Assembly (NCBI RefSeq): GCF_947631165.1
Contig: NZ_CANRKH010000001.1
Location: 146,395 to 210,394 of the forward strand
Direction: 5' to 3'
Length of the DNA stretch: 64,000 bases
Origin: an uncultured Dysosmobacter sp.
Lineage (GTDB): Bacteria; Bacillota; Clostridia; Oscillospirales; Oscillospiraceae
The notes under the pieces are model-generated. The model was not told where the DNA came from. It searched no databases and saw only the letters and a list, made by a program, of their open reading frames with translations. Below, in pieces: positions 57,298 through 64,000 of this stretch (position 1 is its first letter; every line of letters begins with the position of its first letter). Both the position numbers and the translations under genes were made by a program.

Positions 57298-58104
57298 ATG
57301 AAATTAATAGTCTGCATCAAGCAAGTTCCTGATACGACGGAAGTTAAGCTTGATCCAAAAACCGGCACATTAATTCGTGACGGTGTTCCCAGTATCATTA
57401 ACCCCGATGATAGAGCCGCCCTTGAGGTAGCTCTGAAGATGAAGGATGCTAATTTAGGAACCACGGTCACTGTAATTTGCATGGGCCCAAAGCAGGCAGA
57501 TGCCGCGGTACGTGAAGCGTTGGCCATGGGTGCAGATAGTGCCATAATTGTCAGTGATCGTGCATTTGCGGGCAGTGATACCTGGGCGACAGCCAACGTT
57601 ATTTCCTCGGCAATTCAGAAGATTATGGATTATGACTTAGTGTTCTGTGGTCGTCAGGCGATCGATGGCGATACTGCGCAAGTTGGGCCTCAGATTGCCG
57701 AGCGCCTGAACATCCCTCAGGTAACCTATGCTAGGAGCGTCAAGGTTCTTGGAGATAGTCGTTATGAGGTGTGTCGTGAGTTGGACGACGAACAGCAGAT
57801 CGTCGAAGTAACAGGGCCGGCATTAATTACCGTTGTACATGGTTTGGAGCCGATTCGCTATCCCGATTTCAGACGTATTTTCCAAGCGTATAGTGGTGTA
57901 TTTGAGGTGCTCAACTGGTCTCAGGAAGAGCTGAAGATCGATGCCAACAAAATTGGCCTAAAGAGTTCTCCTACTAATGTAAAGTGTACTTTCCCGCCGG
58001 AACTGCGGAAGTCAGGTATTCGTCTGGAGGGTACCAATGAAGAAATGGTCAAGCAGCTATTTGATAATATGCTTGGCGAGCACATCTTGAAAAGGAGGGC
58101 TTGA
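57298..58104 (+). CDS. etfB: Electron transfer flavoprotein beta subunit
   Basis: MKLIVCIKQVPD... and GRQAIDGDTAQVGPQIAE. Confidence 0.9.
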   Translation: MKLIVCIKQVPDTTEVKLDPKTGTLIRDGVPSIINPDDRAALEVALKMKDANLGTTVTVICMGPKQADAAVREALAMGADSAIIVSDRAFAGSDTWATANVISSAIQKIMDYDLVFCGRQAIDGDTAQVGPQIAERLNIPQVTYARSVKVLGDSRYEVCRELDDEQQIVEVTGPALITVVHGLEPIRYPDFRRIFQAYSGVFEVLNWSQEELKIDANKIGLKSSPTNVKCTFPPELRKSGIRLEGTNEEMVKQLFDNMLGEHILKRRA

Positions 58105-58106
58105 GA

Positions 58107-59120
58107 ATGTCTATTGATATAAAACTTTGCAAAGACGTGTGGGTTTTTATTGAGATCAAAGATAAAAAAATTGAGAATACTTCGCTTGAATTATTGGGCG
58201 TTGGCAAAATGCTGGCTGCAGATCTAAAACAGAAACTGTGTGCAGTTGTTCTTGGCAAAGATGTGACTCAGTACACAAGTTTGCTGTTCTCATTTGGCGC
58301 AGACGTAGTTTATAACTGTGAACACGAACTGTTGGAGACATATACCACAGATGCTTTCACAAACGTTCTTGATGAGATTGTCAAAGAGAAAAAGCCTGAC
58401 ATTTTTCTCTTTGGTGCCACCAATGTGGGAAGGGATTTGGCACCTAGGTTGGCTGCACGGTTGAACACTGGCTTAACTGCGGACTGCACGGCACTATCCA
58501 TTGACCCTGAAAGCCGACTGCTACAACAGACACGCCCTGCCTTTGGTGGAAATATCATGGCAACCATCATCAATCCCACGCATCGTCCACAAATGGCCAC
58601 AGTTCGTCCCGGTGTTATGAATAAAATTGATCCCAAAGAGTGTTATGGCATTGTAGAAAACTATCCAGTCAAACTTCCTGCCGAAAATCTTCGTGTACAG
58701 ATAAAGAAGATCATCAAAAATATCTCCAAGAATGTGAATCTTGTGGATGCGGATATCATTGTATCTGGTGGTCGAGGCCTGGGTGGCCCTGAAGGATTTG
58801 AGCTTATCCAGCAGCTAGCCAATGCACTGGGCGGTGTCGTAGGCGCTTCCCGCGCAGCGGTGGACAGCGGATGGATTTCTAATGATCACCAGGTTGGTCA
58901 GACCGGAAAAACTGTCAAGCCTATGATTTATATAGCTTGCGGTATTTCTGGTGCCATTCAGCATCAAGCCGGCATGACAGGTAGCAAGTGTATCATTGCA
59001 ATTAACAAAAATCCGGATTGCTCAATGATGAAAATAGCAAACTACGCTTTGTGCGGAGATCTGTACGATATTATTCCATTAATGGTCAAGACCATTCAAG
59101 AACAAAATATTACGAAGTGA
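58107..59120 (+). CDS. etfA: Electron transfer flavoprotein alpha subunit
   Basis: ATG follows AAGGAGGG. C-terminal FAD domain: VSGGRGLG, GASRAAVDSGW, QVGQTGK.V.P..YIACGISGAIQH. Confidence 0.9.
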   Translation: MSIDIKLCKDVWVFIEIKDKKIENTSLELLGVGKMLAADLKQKLCAVVLGKDVTQYTSLLFSFGADVVYNCEHELLETYTTDAFTNVLDEIVKEKKPDIFLFGATNVGRDLAPRLAARLNTGLTADCTALSIDPESRLLQQTRPAFGGNIMATIINPTHRPQMATVRPGVMNKIDPKECYGIVENYPVKLPAENLRVQIKKIIKNISKNVNLVDADIIVSGGRGLGGPEGFELIQQLANALGGVVGASRAAVDSGWISNDHQVGQTGKTVKPMIYIACGISGAIQHQAGMTGSKCIIAINKNPDCSMMKIANYALCGDLYDIIPLMVKTIQEQNITK

Positions 59121-59131
59121 GGCAGGGCATT

Positions 59132-59944
59132 ATGGAATTTACACAAATTATTTATCAGAAAGAACAATTTGTTTCCACGATTATCCTTAACCGTCCTGAA
59201 AAGTTAAACGCATTGACCGATGTGATGTTGCGAGAAGTTAGAGAAGCGTTGAGAGATTCTGATGCAGATGACAACATCCGAGTCATTATTCTAAAGGGAG
59301 CAGGGCGTGCGTTCTCTGCCGGATTTGATCTGTCCCCTGAAGTCTCCACCTATTCTACCGCACAGGAATGGCGCGGGCATATTACCAATGGAAATGAAAC
59401 TTTCCGGACAATTTGGGAAATTGAGAAGCCCGTGATTGCCATGGTACAGGGCTATTGCCTAGGAGGGGCCTTCGATTTTACGATGTCCTGCGATATTGTT
59501 ATTTCCTCTGATAAGGGCGTATTTGGTGAACCAGAGAATTTATTTGGCGGGGTTCCTATGTATCTGTTGTTGCCATATATCACGAATATGCGCGTTGTTC
59601 GCAGAATTTTGCTGACCGGCGAGAACTTCTCAGCACAACAGGCGCTGGATTGGAATCTGATTTCCTATGTGGTACAGCATGACAGATTGGAGGAGGAAAC
59701 TCTGAAATTGGCCAAGCGTATCGCAGCCCTACCCTTTGGCACACCGCAATTGAATAAACGCACTCTGAATCGTATTTACGATAATATGGGCGCGAAGGAA
59801 GCCATTATGACAAGTGGCGACGCCGCAATTTGGGCATTGTCACGAGCCAAAGAGCCGGAATTGAGTGAGTTCTTTGAGAAAGTTAACACAATCGGAACAA
59901 AGGCTGCCCTCAAGTGGCGCAATGATAAATTCGAGCAGTTGTAA
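59132..59944 (+). CDS. Enoyl-CoA hydratase/isomerase (crotonase) family protein 2
   Basis: 270 aa with GAGRAFSAGFD, GYCLGGAFDF (Asp at the first catalytic-Glu position) and FGEPEN. The C-terminal tail is paralogous to crotonase 1. Confidence 0.85.
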   Translation: MEFTQIIYQKEQFVSTIILNRPEKLNALTDVMLREVREALRDSDADDNIRVIILKGAGRAFSAGFDLSPEVSTYSTAQEWRGHITNGNETFRTIWEIEKPVIAMVQGYCLGGAFDFTMSCDIVISSDKGVFGEPENLFGGVPMYLLLPYITNMRVVRRILLTGENFSAQQALDWNLISYVVQHDRLEEETLKLAKRIAALPFGTPQLNKRTLNRIYDNMGAKEAIMTSGDAAIWALSRAKEPELSEFFEKVNTIGTKAALKWRNDKFEQL

Positions 59945-59980
59945 TGTCATTTCCTAGAAATGAAGGAGTATGGGTGTTGC

Positions 59981-60061
59981 CCGTCCGGAGCGTCCACACT
60001 GTCAGCGTTCCGGAAGCGGGTCAGTGAGGTGGACATAGCGGCACTCCTGGAGACCATCGTA
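59981..60061 (+). mobile_element. Short transposase N-terminal (DUF772-like) fragment
   Basis: PSGASTLSAFRKRVSEVDIAALLETIV resembles the ..hsTLsrFRkRl....i..Lf..iv block of IS5/IS1182-type transposases. About 27 codons only. Confidence 0.4.
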
Positions 60062-60083
60062 TCGTTAAAAGTTGGGCCTGACG

Positions 60084-60139
60084 ACAAAAAGAAAAACTGG
60101 GCTGGGACAGTGTTTTCTCTGCCCAGTTTTTCTTTTTGT
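60084..60139. terminator. Perfect 19-bp hairpin at the right island border
   Basis: ACAAAAAGAAAAACTGGGC (60084-60102) pairs with GCCCAGTTTTTCTTTTTGT (60121-60139). The loop is 18 nt. Confidence 0.7.
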
Positions 60140-60293
60140 CAACAGGTCCATTATTATGCCTTATTCGGGAAAAACGACAAAGTATTGTGGAAATCTGTGA
60201 TGCAAGTGGGGTGCGAATAATTTGGGGATAACCTCTAAGAACATATCCGCCAAAGGCGGAACACAGCAATTCCCACCTCCTAATTCCTAGTTT

Positions 60294-63200
60294 TTAAGAG
60301 TTTTCTGGCGATGATCTGCCGCCCGCCAGCTTCAGGTCCTCCACCAAGGCCAGGGCCGTTTCCAGAACATCGGCGCCGGGCTTCAGCTTCAGCGTCAGGG
60401 CCGGGGTGTCGCCGGCGGCAATGGTGACACGTCCCCTGTACTTGCTCAGGCTGCACACGGCCACCAATGCTTCCGGCCGGAACACGCCCAGGGTCAGCTT
60501 CAGCATATCCTTCTTCTGGGAGATGTCCGACACCCCCGCCTTAGCGGCGGCGGCCCGGAGCAGAGCCACATCCAGCAGCGCCAGCACGCTCTTGGGCGCT
60601 TCGCCGTAGCGGTCCAGCAGCTCATCCAGCAGGTCCGAAGCATCCTCGTTGGTGCGGATGGCGGCGATACGCCGGTACAGATCCATCCGCTGCTCCGGGG
60701 CGGGGACATAGCGGTCCGGGATATTGGCGTTGACCGTCAGATCGGCGGAGCACTCCGTTTCGATCTGCTTCTCCTGGCCCTGTTCCTCCAGCACCGCCTC
60801 CTCCAGCAGCTTCAGATACAGGTCATAGCCCACGCTCATGAGGTAGCCGGACTGCTCCGGCCCCAGCAGGTTGCCCGCACCCCGGATCTCCAGATCCCGC
60901 ATGGCGATCTTGAAGCCGGAGCCGAACTCCACATACTCTCGGATAGCAGAGAGGCGCTTGGCGGCAGTCTCCTGGAGAATTTTGCCCCGCCGGAAGGTGA
61001 GGTAGGCATAGGCCCGCCGGGCGCTGCGGCCGATGCGGCCCCGGATCTGATGGAGCTGCGCCAAGCCCATCCGGTCCGCGTCCTCGATGATGAGGGTGTT
61101 GACGTTGGGGATGTCTATACCGGTCTCGATGATGGTGGTGCAGACCAGGATGTCCGCCTCGCCGTCCACCATGGCCTGCATGACTCCGGACAGCTCCTGC
61201 TCCCCCATCTTTCCATGGCCCGTCACAATACGGACCTCCGGCCCCAGCAGCTTCTGGATGCGGGAGGCGGTGAGGTCGATGGTCTCGACCCGGTTGTGAA
61301 GATAATAGATCTGCCCGCTCCGAGCCAGTTCCTTCCGCATGGCATCCTCCAGAATGGTCCAGTCATGCTCCAACACATAGGTCTGCACTGGCTGACGGTC
61401 AGCTGGCGGCTCCTCGATGGTGCTCATATCCCGCAGGCCGGAAAGGGCCATGTTCAACGTCCGGGGGATGGGAGTCGCAGACAGGGTCAGCACATCCACC
61501 TGACGGCTCATCTCCTTCAGCCGCTCCTTGTGGGTCACGCCGAAGCGCTGCTCTTCGTCGATGATGAGCAGCCCCAGGTCGTGGAACTCCACGCCCTTCT
61601 GCAAGAGCTTGTGGGTCCCGATCAGCAGGTCCAATCCGCCAGTGCGGGCCGCCTCCAGGATGCGCTTTTGCTCCTTGGCGGCGGTGAACCGGGACAGCAC
61701 CTCGATCTTTACCGGAAAGTCCTTGAACCGTCCGCTGGCAGTGGCGTAATGCTGCTGGGCCAGCACAGTGGTAGGCACCAAAATGGCTGCCTGCTTCCCG
61801 TCCAGAATGCATTTCATCACAGCCCGCAGGGCCACCTCCGTCTTGCCATAGCCCACATCACCGCAGAGCAGACGGTCCATGGGCCGCGGCTTTTCCATGT
61901 CGCGCTTGATCTCTTCAATGGCCTGCAGCTGATCGTCGGTCTCGGCATAGGGAAATGCCTCCTCAAACTCCCGCTGCCAGGGAGAATCCGGAGAGAAAGC
62001 GAAGCCGGGGCGGCGCTGCCGCTCGGCGTACAGCTGCGTCAGGCCCTTGGCCAGGTCCTTGACAGCCTTTTTTGCTCGAGTCTTTTGCTTGGCCCACTCG
62101 GTGCCGCCCAGCTTGTTCAGTTTGGTTCGTTCCTGATCCTCTCCGCCGCCGATGTACTTGCTCACCTGGTCCAGTTGGGTCGCTGGGACGTACAGGCAGT
62201 CGCCTCCGGCGTAGTCGATCTTGATGTAATCCTTCTCCACACCGTCCACCGGCATCCGCTGGATGCCCGCAAACCGGCCTACGCCGTGATGAACGTGGAC
62301 CACCAGGTCCCCGGGGGTCAGATCCGTGTAGGACTGGATCTTCTGTCGGTTGGATTCCTTCTTCAGCCTCGCTCTCTTCTGGGACAGGGTGGTGAGCTGG
62401 CCCTCCGTCAGCAGCGCCAGACGCAGATACGGCCACTCACAGCCTGCCGACAGCGCTCCCACGGTAATTCGCACCTCTCCCGGCTGGGGCATGGCGGCGT
62501 TCCGCAGGTCCAGCACGGCGGGGATGCCCCGCTCTTCCAGCAGCCGGTGGAGATTCCGCCCCCGGCTCTCTCCGGCACAAAGCACCAGCACGGCGCTGCC
62601 GCTGTCCCGGTAATGCTTCAGGTCCGTAACCGCCGTTTCCAGGCTGCCGCCGTAAGAGCTGAGCTGCCGGGCGCTCATTGCCAGCAGGCCCTTGGGCCGC
62701 AAAGGATAGCGGGAGGTAGGCAGCGAATCCATCATCACAGTGGGGAAATCCTCAAGAGCGGCGTACAGCTCCTCGGCGGACAGCAGCAGCTTGGCGTGTT
62801 CCCCCGCCATGAAGCCTGCTTCCAGCAGAGCCTCCACATCCTGCTTGTTCTGCAGCAGTGTGGCTTTCACTCGCTCATCGACCCGGCCGCTCTCGCAGAA
62901 AAACACCACTGCGTCGGCGGGCAGATAGTGAACGCCTGCCGTGGTCTCCGGGTAAATGGCCGCCAGATACCGGTCCATCCCCCCCGGCTCCGCGCCGTTT
63001 TTCAGCCGCTCGCCGTCCTCCTGGAGGCGGGCCGCGGCGGCCCCAGTCTGGGTTTTTTTCTCCAGCTTTGACGCCAGCTTCAGCAGTGCCTCCCCCAGAC
63101 CGGCCAGTCCGCCCGGAGCGCTGCGGGGCAGTACCTCGGCGGCGGGCAGCAGCAGGGCCTTCTCCACATTGGCGGTCCGCCGCTGGGTCCCGGGGTCGAA

Positions 63201-63815
63201 AACGCCCATGGAGTCGATTTCGTCATCAAAGAACTCGCACCGCACCGGCTGCTCCATCAGAGGGGAGAACACGTCCAGGATGCCGCCCCGCAGGGCGAAC
63301 TGGCCCACGCCCTCCACTTGGCCGCAGCGGGTATAGCCCGCCGCCAGCAGGCTGTCCGCCAGCCGCTGCGGATCGGTCCGGCCCCCTACCTCCAGGGTCA
63401 CGGCCAGGCTTTTCAGAAGCCCCGGCGGCAGCGTCCGGGCCATCAGCGCGTCAGCGGTGGCCACTACTGCCCGCGCCTCTCCCTGGGCCAGGGCGTACAG
63501 CGCCGCCAGACGGCTCCGCTCCCAGTCCCGGGAGCTGACGGCTCCGGGACGGAACTGCCACTCCCGGCTCAGCAGCGTCACCGGCTCAACCCCCGTCAGG
63601 GTCCGCAGGTCCCCCGCCAACTGGCGGGCCTCCCGCTCATCGCCGCAGACAAACACCGCCGGACGGTCCGCAGCCGCCGCCACGGCGGCGCCCACACAGG
63701 CCCGCTGCACCGGCTGCAGACCGCTTACCGCCGCCGGGCAGCCGCCGTCCTCGACCCGGCGGACCAGCTCCGCCACCTCGGGAATGGTTTTCAATTGTTG
63801 TAGGAATTGTTCCAT
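60294..63815 (-). CDS. mfd: Transcription-repair coupling factor
   Basis: 1173 aa. Helicase motifs GDVGYGKTEVA and DEEQRFG, plus a TRG-type C-terminal region. Confidence 0.93.
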   Translation of the reverse strand: MEQFLQQLKTIPEVAELVRRVEDGGCPAAVSGLQPVQRACVGAAVAAAADRPAVFVCGDEREARQLAGDLRTLTGVEPVTLLSREWQFRPGAVSSRDWERSRLAALYALAQGEARAVVATADALMARTLPPGLLKSLAVTLEVGGRTDPQRLADSLLAAGYTRCGQVEGVGQFALRGGILDVFSPLMEQPVRCEFFDDEIDSMGVFDPGTQRRTANVEKALLLPAAEVLPRSAPGGLAGLGEALLKLASKLEKKTQTGAAAARLQEDGERLKNGAEPGGMDRYLAAIYPETTAGVHYLPADAVVFFCESGRVDERVKATLLQNKQDVEALLEAGFMAGEHAKLLLSAEELYAALEDFPTVMMDSLPTSRYPLRPKGLLAMSARQLSSYGGSLETAVTDLKHYRDSGSAVLVLCAGESRGRNLHRLLEERGIPAVLDLRNAAMPQPGEVRITVGALSAGCEWPYLRLALLTEGQLTTLSQKRARLKKESNRQKIQSYTDLTPGDLVVHVHHGVGRFAGIQRMPVDGVEKDYIKIDYAGGDCLYVPATQLDQVSKYIGGGEDQERTKLNKLGGTEWAKQKTRAKKAVKDLAKGLTQLYAERQRRPGFAFSPDSPWQREFEEAFPYAETDDQLQAIEEIKRDMEKPRPMDRLLCGDVGYGKTEVALRAVMKCILDGKQAAILVPTTVLAQQHYATASGRFKDFPVKIEVLSRFTAAKEQKRILEAARTGGLDLLIGTHKLLQKGVEFHDLGLLIIDEEQRFGVTHKERLKEMSRQVDVLTLSATPIPRTLNMALSGLRDMSTIEEPPADRQPVQTYVLEHDWTILEDAMRKELARSGQIYYLHNRVETIDLTASRIQKLLGPEVRIVTGHGKMGEQELSGVMQAMVDGEADILVCTTIIETGIDIPNVNTLIIEDADRMGLAQLHQIRGRIGRSARRAYAYLTFRRGKILQETAAKRLSAIREYVEFGSGFKIAMRDLEIRGAGNLLGPEQSGYLMSVGYDLYLKLLEEAVLEEQGQEKQIETECSADLTVNANIPDRYVPAPEQRMDLYRRIAAIRTNEDASDLLDELLDRYGEAPKSVLALLDVALLRAAAAKAGVSDISQKKDMLKLTLGVFRPEALVAVCSLSKYRGRVTIAAGDTPALTLKLKPGADVLETALALVEDLKLAGGRSSPENS

Positions 63816-64000
63816 GGCGCTGTTCCTTGTAAAAAATTTGGAATGTCATGTCAAAAAGGGAGCGTCCTCGCCCGCTGGGACGGGGCTCCCCGATATTGAA
63901 GTTTATGGCGCGAAAAAGCGTCCCATGCCCGAAACAAGCTTAAAACTGATCCATAAAAATCAGGCCGCACACATCTCATTTATGGGCAGGCTCTTAATTG

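Larger units (their letters stand above)
45160..60293. mobile_element. ~15-kb low-GC genomic island (probably horizontally acquired; only degenerate transposase fragments, no intact mobility gene)
   Basis: Base composition and codon third-position usage change abruptly and visibly at ~45.18 kb and ~60.29 kb. There are three transposase-like fragments, and regulator and ABC functions are duplicated relative to the core genome. Confidence 0.7.

Noticed and set aside
59960-60269. Two mirrored ORFs (59960..60220 plus strand, 60021..60269 minus strand) sharing the peptide ..KKKNWA....S.PSFSFC.Q..
   Set aside because: The shared peptide is an artefact of translating both arms of the perfect 19-bp palindrome at 60084-60139. 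Only the 5' part of the plus-strand ORF has any resemblance to a transposase fragment.

Overview
High-GC (~60-65% by eye) Firmicutes/Clostridia-type chromosome segment; an Oscillospiraceae-like origin is only a guess. All family calls come from motifs read in the translations, with no database search. Most of the window is core genome. In order: a partial arginine deiminase operon (arcA, catabolic OTCase, YfcC-type carrier; no carbamate kinase seen); a Liv-type branched-chain amino acid ABC operon; tilS-hpt-ftsH; gdpP-rplI-dnaB; RNase J; a complete sialic-acid (Nan/Nag) locus using an AGE-type epimerase plus ROK-like kinase; a decayed prophage lysis remnant; a large SLH-anchored phosphodiester-glycosidase-like surface protein; ferredoxin; thiolase; a PrsA-like lipoprotein; and mfd. 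The main anomaly is a ~15 kb low-GC (~40-45% by eye) island at ~45.2-60.3 kb, between the PrsA-like gene and mfd. It carries a LacI regulator, two paralogous crotonases, a second Liv-type ABC importer, an adenosine-deaminase-family hydrolase, a type III CoA-transferase and a Bcd-like acyl-CoA dehydrogenase with EtfBA. Degenerate transposase-like repeats break it into modules. I read it as a horizontally acquired, uncharacterised CoA-dependent catabolic or reductive pathway. Smaller oddities: a duplicated hpt 3' end around a small inverted-repeat-bounded structured insert; a decayed 84-codon slot between gdpP and rplI; a GGGH->GGGN change in GdpP; and a highly structured 280-bp region after rnj. 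No rRNA, tRNA or CRISPR array was seen.
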